Notes under the pieces: generated by a model
Told to the model about the DNA's origin: nothing
The model's database searches: none
What the model saw: the letters and a program-made list of their open reading frames with translations, nothing else
From: Limnochordia bacterium
GTDB lineage: Bacteria > Bacillota > Limnochordia > DTU080
Assembly (NCBI GenBank): GCA_050951545.1
Contig: JBMNJG010000008.1
Coordinates: 1 to 27,414 of the forward strand
Direction of reading: 5' to 3'
DNA: 27,414 nucleotides
In this document: positions 18,866-27,414 of the stretch, piece by piece
Layout: each line of letters starts with the position of its first letter
Position numbering within the stretch: position 1 is the first letter of the stretch
Made by a program: the position numbers and the translations under genes

Positions 18866-20173
18866 TCACTCTACTCGTTCACCTAGCCTCTCCCAGAGTT
18901 CACGAAGAAAGGCGTTGGCCCTGCGCCCAGCATCTTGCAGTATGCCCGCAGGAGGCGTGGTTTGCTTGACCGCGGTTGCCAAGGCGTCGTTAAGGAGAAA
19001 CTCAGCCTGACGCCCTAGAGGCGTCACTGGTAACGGCAGAGAGACTCCATCCAACAGTGAAGTCATGAAAACCCTGTTAAAGCGGTTCCGTGCAACGTAG
19101 GGATGTCGAAGCATAGACTTTCTCGGAGGAAGGAAGCCCATAGTCTCGTTATAGGCCACAAGAATGTCAGGCTTCATCAGGAATTGCAGGAAACGCCAAG
19201 CCTGGTCAGGATGCTTGGATTGGGTTGTGATGGTCCAGTAGTCAGTATAGGTGGTTGCCGCGGAGCGCACGGGACCAGGAGGATAGCCAACACCAACGTT
19301 TTCCAGCTCTTCGGGAGCCTGTCTCTCAACGTTGAGCGCGGCGCTCCTTGCCGCTATCTCCATGGCAATGTCATCACTTACCATCAGCCCCACTGATGAC
19401 TTCCCATGCATGGACCAGGCGACCCCGGGAACTCGGGTAGCTTTGTAGAGCTCGACATAGAAATCAAGGGCCTCGATGCCCTCCTGACTATCAAACACAT
19501 ACCTTTTCTTTTCCACGTCATATATGTCCCCACCGTTTTGTCTAACAAAATCTGTCCATTGCTGATTGCTCGCATTTACCCTGAATCCAATTCTGGTGTA
19601 TCCACCGTCTGGATGGGTCACTGTCGCTAGCTTCGCTATTCTGATAAGCTCATCCCAGGTTCGCGGTGCTGAATCGGGATCAAAGCCGAGTTGCCCAAAA
19701 ACATCCCTGCGGTAATACAAAAGACGCGGAGATGTTAACGATGGCAGGCCGTAAACAGATCCTTCATGGACAACGACACCGTGCCACGTCTCCGGGATGA
19801 AATCCTCCCTGTCTCTCCATTCCTCGAGGTAGCGATCAAGAGCGATTGCTTGCCTGTTCCATACTATGTCGTATATCTCGTTACAGCCCCTCTGCAGAAT
19901 ATCGGGTGCTGTGCCTGAGGCAAATGCCACCGTGACTTTATCAGTGAAGACCGTGCCCCAGCTGAGATAGCTCACATCAACTTTTGTACCGGGGCTTGCC
20001 TCCTCGAAGGCCGGGATGATTGTCTCTGCTATTGCCGTTCGCGTCGCGGCATTGTGATTCACAACCCACCAACTGATAGTGGCGGTGTTTGCCACTACAG
20101 GCCGTGCAGCCATAGCGGTTAACATCAGTACGAGAGCCAATGGAACACTCCACCTGACGTAGGCATTTGTCAT
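18866..20173 (-). CDS. Sugar ABC transporter substrate-binding protein
   Basis: Signal peptide; AFASGTAPDI, LYYRRDVF..LG, PRTWDEL, SKHPDQAWRFLQFL; RBS AAGGAG. Confidence 0.93.
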   Translation of the reverse strand: MTNAYVRWSVPLALVLMLTAMAARPVVANTATISWWVVNHNAATRTAIAETIIPAFEEASPGTKVDVSYLSWGTVFTDKVTVAFASGTAPDILQRGCNEIYDIVWNRQAIALDRYLEEWRDREDFIPETWHGVVVHEGSVYGLPSLTSPRLLYYRRDVFGQLGFDPDSAPRTWDELIRIAKLATVTHPDGGYTRIGFRVNASNQQWTDFVRQNGGDIYDVEKKRYVFDSQEGIEALDFYVELYKATRVPGVAWSMHGKSSVGLMVSDDIAMEIAARSAALNVERQAPEELENVGVGYPPGPVRSAATTYTDYWTITTQSKHPDQAWRFLQFLMKPDILVAYNETMGFLPPRKSMLRHPYVARNRFNRVFMTSLLDGVSLPLPVTPLGRQAEFLLNDALATAVKQTTPPAGILQDAGRRANAFLRELWERLGERVE

Positions 20174-20202
20174 GTCGCTCAGACTCCTTTCGTTGAGGGA
20201 GG

Positions 20203-21156
20203 CTAACCTGCTTCTGATAGAGCCGCCGCGTACTCCCTGAGCGGTGGTTCACCGTACATCGCGACATACGTAGCATCGATCATGCAGGCAAAGCTCGTGA
20301 TATGCCGGACCCCACGTTCTGCATACAAGCGCACATCGCTAGTGAACACCTCTGGGTGCCATGGGACCTTGACCACGGTCGCGGGGCGAGGCTTCTGCGA
20401 TCTCGTGAAGAGGCTAGCGTCGAGCCAGTACTCAAGCGCCTGAGCGCTTGACCGTTCAAAGAGCGCCAGGTTGGCATCAAGCAGCTCCAGGGCATTGGCG
20501 TAGTCGCTTCCAGTCTGGTCGGCATAGGGTATGTCGTAGCGACGCCGAATGGGAGCGTACTCTAGAAAAACGCCGTCTTGCGGCTTTACTAGCTGCGGTG
20601 CCGCAAGCGTGTTCAGATAGGCTAGGTGGGCTACCTGGGCTCTTGGGTCTTCTTTTCTTAGGGCATGCAGGAGCGAATTGGCTACGATCAGAGCTTGGTC
20701 ACTATCAGATAGGTGTCGGCATTGGGGACAGCGACACCATGGTCTACCGTCATCGCCCCACAGGAAATACCTCCCGGTAGTGGGGCGGAGCACACGCCCT
20801 ATGTCGACAGCGTTTTCGGCAATGATCTCAAGCGCCCTATGGGAGTGAACACAAAGATTGAAGTCGCTGACTCGCTCACCATTGTCGTCCATACGAAACA
20901 GGCTCTGTTCTTTGTCGAACAGATCTCTCGGCAGAAGGTCTTTCATGGCGTGCAGCTCATATTCGACCTCGAGCCCCAGGTCTCCGCATGCAGCAAGGAA
21001 GGCGGCACCTTCATCTTTCTGGACAAAGCTACTCACATGAGTGACGTCTCGCCAATGATGCAAGGCAATAGTTGTGAGTCCCGCTTCCTTTGCCCGATGT
21101 GGCCATTCTGAGAAAGACAGATCCTCTGGGGTCAGGACAACTCCACGCGTCTCCAA
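20203..21156 (-). CDS. DUF4838-like putative glycoside-hydrolase-fold protein
   Basis: TRGVVL, AGLTTIALH, EYELHAM, LFRMDDNG.R..D.NLC, WGDDG..WCRC..C, AHLAY, LEYWLD. Start is uncertain (TTG 21156 after GAGGTGG; ORF open from 21327). Confidence 0.75.
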   Translation of the reverse strand: METRGVVLTPEDLSFSEWPHRAKEAGLTTIALHHWRDVTHVSSFVQKDEGAAFLAACGDLGLEVEYELHAMKDLLPRDLFDKEQSLFRMDDNGERVSDFNLCVHSHRALEIIAENAVDIGRVLRPTTGRYFLWGDDGRPWCRCPQCRHLSDSDQALIVANSLLHALRKEDPRAQVAHLAYLNTLAAPQLVKPQDGVFLEYAPIRRRYDIPYADQTGSDYANALELLDANLALFERSSAQALEYWLDASLFTRSQKPRPATVVKVPWHPEVFTSDVRLYAERGVRHITSFACMIDATYVAMYGEPPLREYAAALSEAG

Positions 21157-21473
21157 TCTCTCCACCTCAAATCCTGTATATTCAGGGGACCATGCAGCTC
21201 TTGTTTTCGCTAGGGAATCCCCTGACATGACCGAACACAAACTAAGGAACCATGCATTCTGAAACCTCACCGTACGTCCTTGTTGGATACGCAGCCGATG
21301 AGGCCATTGCGACCGCTCCATTGTCACTGCTTCGCATCCACGACTCTAGTCGTCAGCTCACATCGGCTTTCTCCTGGTACTCGGACCTCCCAACTCCCAA
21401 CCCCCAACTGTACCGCGCGGTAGGGCGTGGGTCGAAACCACATGCTCTTGCTCAGCGAGCCGAATTACGCACA

Positions 21474-22976
21474 CTAGTCCACAATCACTTCAGGGCAGTT
21501 GACGTAGGGTGCCATGAACCCACTACGCATCCGCTGAAACTCTGCCTCCCTTGCGAGGGACACAACCATACGACGAGCTGCTGTTCGCGCAGTCACCTCC
21601 CCAGTGAGTAGCGCCTGCAGCGCCTGGATAATGCAGAACGCTAAGCGCTCATACTCAGGCCATTCCCCTAGTGTCCAACCACTTTGCCACGCTTCACGCA
21701 CCACTGCGTATACGGGATCGCGTTGCACATAGGCGGGATTTGAGAGGCTACTAACGCGATATGAGTCACCTCCTTTGCGCTGGAAGACATCCTGTACCTC
21801 GCTATCACCGCTAGTCAGAAAGGTCAGGAAGGAAAAGGTCTCCTCCTTGTGCGGAGAGCTAGAGGTCATGCAGAGCTCCCAACCAGCAAGCTGACTGAGC
21901 CTGCCTGGAAGCAGGCTATAGCGTACCTTGCCGCGTAAGGGAGCGTTGGGTGCCTCCATGCGATTAGCGAAGATGTGCCAATTCGCCATGAGTCCAGCTT
22001 CGCCCCGCCACATCGCCCTAGCGGCATCGTAGGATGAGAAGCGCTGGCTGCCCGGAGGTGAAAGGAGGAAGAGCTCGCGTAGCAGCTCTAAGGAGGTGAC
22101 AGCGAGTTCTGAGTCGACCGCGGGTTCCAGATCACCCACGAACAGGTCGCCGCCAAGCGCCTTGAGAATCCAAAGCCAGGAGTCAATAACGCAGAAAGTG
22201 CTGCTAGAAGCTGCAATAGCGTTACCATACAGGCGTGGCTCGTATGAGCGGCCGCGTTCGTGCAGTGCTTGGACAATCGCCAGGTAATCCTGCATGTCAC
22301 ACGGGACAGCAAATCCCAGTTCATCAAGTAGATCAGCCCGATAGTATAAGACCTGCACATCGTTCTGGTAAGGCAATCCGTAGACTGACCGGTGACCAAG
22401 CACTGTGCGCATGCAGACCAGGTCAAGAGCCGATCTTCCACTTCGCGTGGACACGAAATCAGACACGAGGTCCACATGGAACTGCTCAATATATCGGTCG
22501 AGAGGCTCAAGATGCCCCGAGTGAGCTGCTTGGCTCATGAACGTAGAGGGGACCATGATAGCGTCAATAGGGTCTGAGTCACGTAGGCAGATGGCTCGAT
22601 GTGCCAGGTTGAGTGCAACGCTGAACGGTTCCGACTGCACCCGTACGTGTACACGAGGGTTGCGAGTGGAGTAAAGGTCAGCGAGACTACGCGTGGCCTC
22701 CTCGACGTAACCTCGCGGTACCACTATGCTCAAGTGGATTAGGTCGCCAGCCCTATCGCTGACAAATGTACCTGAGCCCTGTCGCCGAAGAACAAGCCCG
22801 TCTTGAGCGAGAGTGCTCAAAGCCTGCCGAACAGTGGTACGGCTTGCCTGATAGAGCTGGCATAGCTCGACCTCGGAGGGAAGGCGCTCGCCCGGCATCC
22901 AGACGCGCCTCCGAATGCGGTTTTCGATATCCTTAGCGATTCTCTCGTACATCGGAAGTGAGGTAGAGGACGACAT
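21474..22976 (-). CDS. GntR-family regulator fused to a sugar solute-binding-protein domain
   Basis: N-terminal PMYERI...PGERLPSEVELCQLYQASRTTVRQALSTL..GLV.RRQGSGTFV. C-terminal SBP motifs YGLPY..DVQVLYYRADLL, SPHKEETFSFLTFL. No signal peptide. Confidence 0.92.
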   Translation of the reverse strand: MSSSTSLPMYERIAKDIENRIRRRVWMPGERLPSEVELCQLYQASRTTVRQALSTLAQDGLVLRRQGSGTFVSDRAGDLIHLSIVVPRGYVEEATRSLADLYSTRNPRVHVRVQSEPFSVALNLAHRAICLRDSDPIDAIMVPSTFMSQAAHSGHLEPLDRYIEQFHVDLVSDFVSTRSGRSALDLVCMRTVLGHRSVYGLPYQNDVQVLYYRADLLDELGFAVPCDMQDYLAIVQALHERGRSYEPRLYGNAIAASSSTFCVIDSWLWILKALGGDLFVGDLEPAVDSELAVTSLELLRELFLLSPPGSQRFSSYDAARAMWRGEAGLMANWHIFANRMEAPNAPLRGKVRYSLLPGRLSQLAGWELCMTSSSPHKEETFSFLTFLTSGDSEVQDVFQRKGGDSYRVSSLSNPAYVQRDPVYAVVREAWQSGWTLGEWPEYERLAFCIIQALQALLTGEVTARTAARRMVVSLAREAEFQRMRSGFMAPYVNCPEVIVD

Positions 22977-23025
22977 TTCGACACGCTCCAGGACATCTTG
23001 TTACTACCACTCGTAGAGGCGCCAG

Positions 23026-23069
23026 TGGTTGACATGACCATTCTACTGTCTTGATTATGCTCAAGTCAA
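23026..23069 (-). promoter_or_regulatory. sigA promoter with adjacent GntR-type operator
   Basis: Minus strand TTGACT-N18-TAGAAT running directly into the palindrome TGGTcatgtcaACCA (23026-23040). Confidence 0.65.
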
Positions 23070-23166
23070 GGGTGATATGCAGCGTTTTCGCAAGGTGAGC
23101 ATTTTTCACCTATTGAGTAGTGGCATAGGCGCTCCACATGGATGCAGGCACAGACGTCAAGAACGC

Positions 23167-23202
23167 GCCTACAGCCGAGAGATTGCTCTCTCGGCCGTAG
23201 GC
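23167..23202. terminator. Intergenic hairpin, possible terminator/stabiliser
   Basis: GCCTACaGCCGAGAG-attgct-CTCTCGGCcGTAGGC downstream of the SBP gene. Confidence 0.45.
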
Positions 23203-23302
23203 AAGTGGTCTCACTACTGTGAAGCGACCGGGCTCTTGTTGCCTGTGGGCAAGCCTCGACAGTGCGGCTCGCTGGGTCTGGACGCTGATGGTCAATTCTC
23301 GC

Positions 23303-24604
23303 CTAAGGTGTCCTGCTGGCTCCTTCGGCGAACAGGCTGCTGATGAGGCGGTCTGCCTCCTCGAGGGCGGTGCGTGCGGAGACATCGCCATTCCATACCC
23401 TGGCCAGCTGGTTCGTGAGGGTTGTGGTGATACGCGTGTCGCTGATTAGGCCTTCCTTGAGGAAGATGTTGTCTGGATGTACGGACTGCTCGAAAAACGC
23501 CATCCAGTTCTGCGGCAGATCCGGGACATACGAGTCCCAGGAACGAGCCACTCTGGCCATGACAGGAAGTCGACCAGTATGCCGCGCGAGACTGCGCTGT
23601 GCCTGTTCAGTGGTGCTGAGAAACTTTGCCCACTGCCATGCTTCCTGTGGGTGCTTTGTCTGGGAGCTAATCTGGAAACCGTTCAACGACACGTTGGTGG
23701 CATTGTTGGCCGGGCCATAGGGCTGAAGCGCTACATCCCACTCAAAGCCCACATTCTTCATCCGTGTACCAATGATACCTGGACCGTCTGTTACCGCGAT
23801 AGCCGCTTTGCCATGATACAGGTATGTACCGCCTCCGACGCGTTGAGGCTGGCTCACTCGGTCCTCCCAGATCAGCTTCTCGATGAACTCCATCGCTGTA
23901 ACTACGGGCTCGCTGAGCAATAGGCTTTTGGTCGGGAAGATCTCGCGATCGAAAAAGTGACCGCCAGCCTGGAGCGCTTGGATGTACGGGCGGTACCTGA
24001 TGCGGTCGAGCCCCCATATCTCGGCTACTCCGTCGCCGTCGGCGTCCTTTGTCAGCTTGCGACCGTAACTCCTCATCGTTTCCCAGTTCCATGACCTATC
24101 CTTAAGGAGCGCCGGGGCGGTCAGTCCGACCTGGTCTAGCATGTCGAGATTGTACCAAGTGACGATTGAGTAGACCTCCACGGGCAGCGCATACAGTAGG
24201 CCAGAAGGCGTCGTGAAGGCCTTGAGCATTGACGGCGGAAACAGAGCAGCCGTTTGTCGATCGAGGAACTTGTTCAAGTCCATAAACATCCCGTCGGCAA
24301 TGAATGGTGCAGAGACTTGCGTCACCAGATCAAGGACATCCGGCGACACGCCACCGGCTGCCATCACTAGGAACTTGTTGTCGGGTTTGGGGTCCGCCAG
24401 GATCTCAACCTCGCACTCAGGGTTCGCTTGCTCAAAGGGCACCTTCATCTCTTGTAGGTACTCTTGCCAGGATTCACTATGAGACCCCGAACTCAGGTGG
24501 GTGATCTTCACCTTTTCGGCGGCAAGGGCAGGGGCGGCGAGGACCAGGGTGGTGGCAACAAGAAAGGAGAACACGATTTTCATCCAACGACTGAACACGA
24601 CCAT
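23303..24604 (-). CDS. Sugar ABC transporter substrate-binding protein
   Basis: Signal peptide ending ALA-A; FEQANP, AAGGVSPDV, WYNLDML..VGL, TKHPQEAWQWAKFL. Confidence 0.93.
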   Translation of the reverse strand: MVVFSRWMKIVFSFLVATTLVLAAPALAAEKVKITHLSSGSHSESWQEYLQEMKVPFEQANPECEVEILADPKPDNKFLVMAAGGVSPDVLDLVTQVSAPFIADGMFMDLNKFLDRQTAALFPPSMLKAFTTPSGLLYALPVEVYSIVTWYNLDMLDQVGLTAPALLKDRSWNWETMRSYGRKLTKDADGDGVAEIWGLDRIRYRPYIQALQAGGHFFDREIFPTKSLLLSEPVVTAMEFIEKLIWEDRVSQPQRVGGGTYLYHGKAAIAVTDGPGIIGTRMKNVGFEWDVALQPYGPANNATNVSLNGFQISSQTKHPQEAWQWAKFLSTTEQAQRSLARHTGRLPVMARVARSWDSYVPDLPQNWMAFFEQSVHPDNIFLKEGLISDTRITTTLTNQLARVWNGDVSARTALEEADRLISSLFAEGASRTP

Positions 24605-24922
24605 GCACCTCTTTCGTAACCTGCTGTCTAATCACTGCAAACAGTGTACCACATGCACTCTCTTCTGTTCCACATTTACTGCCTCTTGATTCTAGAACCT
24701 ACATCTTCATTTTGATCTTTGACGAAAGCAGGGCTTCCCTATGGCGGTACCCGCTTGACTTGCCCAGCAGGCAGTGTCACGATCAGGGCAATCTGACCAA
24801 CTGATCTATATAATCATCATAGTATCAACATTTTCATTACATCAGGGAGGAATCTCCGCCAAGGAGTTCACTCAGCATGTGGTAGAGGCGGCGTACACTC
24901 GCCGCATCGGCGAACAGTAGGG

Positions 24923-25555
24923 CTACCGTGAAGTGGGGTCGTGGCGACGCCGCCTGGGGATATGGGCGTTATCCAGGGGGCGCACCGGGGCGATAGGCAG
25001 ATGTGTGCCATCCTCTTGAAGCAACCACGCCTGTGAGAGATCCTCCGGTCGAAACAGGACACGCACTCGTTGGCCTATACAGACTTGCGGTACCTCAAAA
25101 ACGCTACATTTTAGCGAGATTGTGGCGTCATTGGCCACGCGTCGCTCCTCTTCATGTAGAAAGGCACGCTCAACGCGCTCTTTCGAGGCGACACGTATCA
25201 TCTCTTGATCACTCAGGAAACGCTCCATCGGGGCTTGTCCGTCAAGTGCGCTATGGGGTCTGTTGTTGTAGACGTACTCCAGGTAATGGGCCAGACGCTG
25301 ATTCAACGCCTCCAAAGAAGCGAGATCGTCGGGTTCAAGGCGGTCAAATGGCTGCTGGCGCAGAGTGCGAAATGCTCTCTCAATTTTGTCCTTACCTTGG
25401 GGCATGTAGGGGGTGGCGTGAACTAGCACGATGCCCAAATGGGCGCAGATAGTCTGGATCTGTCGGGAGTGATGGATCTTGCCGTTGTCCACATAGAGCC
25501 GTTGGGGGATGCCCCTTCTCAGCAGTGCCGTCTCAAAGCGTTGCTTGTCGTCCAT
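24923..25555 (-). pseudogene. DDE transposase/integrase with large internal in-frame deletion
   Basis: RBS AGGAGGT and N-terminus MDDKQRFETAL join directly to LRRGIPQRLYVDNG..HATPYMPQGKDKIERAFRT..YNNRPHSAL and a Mu-type C-terminal domain. The HTH and first catalytic Asp are absent. Confidence 0.85.
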
Positions 25556-25704
25556 GACGGTTACCTCCTGCGGTGTTTTCTAACTAGCACCAGTATGCTC
25601 ACCCAATCGCTGGCCTCAAGCGGCAAAGGGTGTGTGTCACACCCCAAAAGGGCGAGAAGTGCCGAAATACGGCCACTTGAGCATGGCTATCCCTTGGACG
25701 GAAG

Positions 25705-26266
25705 CTAAATGCGGCAGAGGATGGGCTGTGTCCATCGGGTGAAGTAGGCATGAGAGAAGCCTTCGACACCGCCAAAGTCAGGTAGGTGTGTAGGTAGGAT
25801 CTTCTCCAGGTTGGGTAGGTCCTCTTCATCGATCCCCATGAGCAAGGCACAAGGACGGCTATGTCGGCGTAATCTCTTACGCATGTGCTGAATCCATTGC
25901 CGACTCAGCCCTACACTGTGCCCTAGTCCTTGCCAGCGCAGCGCTACGCTGTGAATGGATAACTCACACTGATGAAGTCCTTGCAGGATCCAGACCACAA
26001 CAGCCAAAGAGAACTGCAGTAAGGCGCGGCAGACGTGGGCAGTAGTGAGGTGGTCAGGTGACATCGCTGGCATAGGTAGCGTTGGATGGGACTCGATGCT
26101 GCGACTTAAGAGTGATCACCCAACGCCAATAGAAGCCATGCTTTCGGAGGCGCCTCTGATTGGGGCATCCGGGCCGAGAGCATCCGTAAAGCTCTGGGAA
26201 TACATTCCCGGTTCCTAGCAGACAATATGTCTGTGGTGAGACGGAAAAGTGGTGCATTCGCACCAT
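25705..26266 (-). pseudogene. DUF6431-like Cys-rich transposase-associated protein, frameshifted
   Basis: GC..PGC...LRKHGFYWR in one frame, PIQRYLCQRCHLTTSLLP in a second frame (from ~26090), QFSLAVV... in a third. Confidence 0.75.
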
Positions 26267-26372
26267 GGTCAGCCATCTCCCATTGGGTGGGCGTTTCCCT
26301 TCCCGGGTCACCCACCCTTTTCTTTTGGCCAGGACGAAGAGGAATCAGCTACACCTCTACGCAGATTAGTTT

Positions 26373-26612
26373 TCGAGCTTGACCTCGGTAGGGTGGGCGA
26401 AGCCGCCAGCGTTCTTGTGAACGGGAAAGAGGTTGGCTGGGCGCTCTGGGCACCCTATCGCATCGTTACTGGGAAGGATGCTTGGGTACAGGGGGACAAC
26501 GTGCTGGAGGTACGGGTCACCAACACCGCGGCCAACGCGTATGAGGGCGCCCTATATCCCTCGGGCCTCATGGGGACTGCGCGGCTGCGGCTGGCAGTAC
26601 CGAGGTCGTAGC
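26373..26612 (+). pseudogene. Duplicated 3' end of the GH106-like gene (copy of 18488-18727)
   Basis: 240 bp ungapped direct repeat with about 10 mismatches by manual count, encoding ELDLGRVGEAA...AVPRS*. Confidence 0.95.
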
Positions 26613-26734
26613 CGCAGAGGGAGTGCTGTGACGCATAGCGGCAGCGCCAATGTCGGTTCTGAGAGAGGGATGACGCCCGCCTGATCGGCGAGCGCTACCC
26701 TCTTGATGACCTGTAGTCTGCTTGTCAAGTACCG

Positions 26735-27414
26735 TTACAAGCCTCGGTAGTGTGGCTCCACGCTACGCTGCGTATCATCCAGGACTTGCTGCGGTGTGAT
26801 CTCGTTTCGTCGCATCCGATCGAGGTTCTTACTGAACTCAGGCCGAACGATACTGAAAAGGGGTGGGGTGCCCTCTGCAGTGGGCAAGAGCTCAAGCATG
26901 AGTCGCTCCCGTGGGTCAGAGATCTCACGTCCTCGGAGGAGCGTCTGGAGGGCATCCTCACGTGACGGAAGTTGTCGGGTCAGATGGTACCATTTCAACT
27001 GGGTATCCTTCTTCGATAGGTACTTGATGAACTCAGCGGCACCCTGAGTGTTCCTGGCCCCGCGTGGCACGATAGCTCCCATCCCGCTTGAGTACGAGGT
27101 TTTCCTTCCGTCGGAAGGATATGGAATGTGACCTACCGACCAGCGCAGGTCGGGTGCTTGTTCAGGGAATAGCTCAAGCCACGTTGTGCTTTGCACGAGC
27201 ATGGCCGCTTCGCGGTTCATGAACTGTTTAGACCCTGTCATTGCAGTAGGGCCATACCTGGCGGCATAGGACGAGATCCAGTCGAGAGCCCTGATGTGTG
27301 CCGGGTTAACCGCCAGCGTAGGCATCTTCGCCGCTTCGTCATAGACCGAACCGCCGAAGACCCAGAGCCAGGCTATCTCATTGGCGAAATTGTTGCCTTG
27401 AGGGGCAAAGCCGA
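26735..27414 (-). CDS. Sugar ABC transporter substrate-binding protein (5' part outside window)
   Basis: Frame open to the window edge (GFAPQGN..WLWVFGGSVYD); WSVGHIPYP, IVPRGARN..GAAEFIKYL. Confidence 0.88.
   Translation of the reverse strand, partial: GFAPQGNNFANEIAWLWVFGGSVYDEAAKMPTLAVNPAHIRALDWISSYAARYGPTAMTGSKQFMNREAAMLVQSTTWLELFPEQAPDLRWSVGHIPYPSDGRKTSYSSGMGAIVPRGARNTQGAAEFIKYLSKKDTQLKWYHLTRQLPSREDALQTLLRGREISDPRERLMLELLPTAEGTPPLFSIVRPEFSKNLDRMRRNEITPQQVLDDTQRSVEPHYRGL

Larger units (their letters stand above)
24775..26370 (-). mobile_element. Decayed DUF6431 + DDE (Mu-like C-terminus) transposable element
   Basis: Two co-oriented pseudogenes and an AT-richer terminal segment beginning 5'-TGTCACGATCAG at 24775. 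The other end was not recognised, so the right boundary is approximate. Confidence 0.7.

Noticed and set aside
4307-24504. Numerous short antisense/overlapping ORFs in the ORF track
   Set aside because: They are shadows of well-supported genes in GC-rich DNA, with no recognisable motifs.
26249-26611. 120-aa ORF as a real gene
   Set aside because: It is a chimera of antisense transposon sequence and the duplicated GH 3' end, with no convincing RBS.

Overview
GC-rich bacterial window, probably from a diderm Bacillota (inferred from a Gram-positive-type LexA box, sigH-like promoters and non-lipoprotein solute-binding proteins). The left 4 kb is accessory DNA. It holds the 3' part of a decayed group IIC-like intron (RT with a nonsense codon and a deleted maturase domain, but intact D5/D6). 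Next is a gene for a tandem winged-HTH plus Vsr/DUF559-like nuclease, preceded by a LexA box and bracketed by a 17-bp imperfect direct repeat. Directly after it lies an array of four near-identical 252-286 bp units carrying the same core motif. This nuclease plus array module is the best candidate for an undescribed system. The remainder is mostly carbohydrate uptake and degradation: a long ECF sigma factor, LamG protein, MFS transporter, HAD phosphatase, GH2 and GH106-like hydrolases, four orphan sugar-binding proteins and a GntR-SBP fusion regulator. Near the right end a decayed DUF6431/DDE-transposase element abuts a 240-bp copy of the 3' end of the GH106-like gene. No rRNA, tRNA or CRISPR array was recognised. 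All family assignments come from motif recognition by eye, not from database searches.
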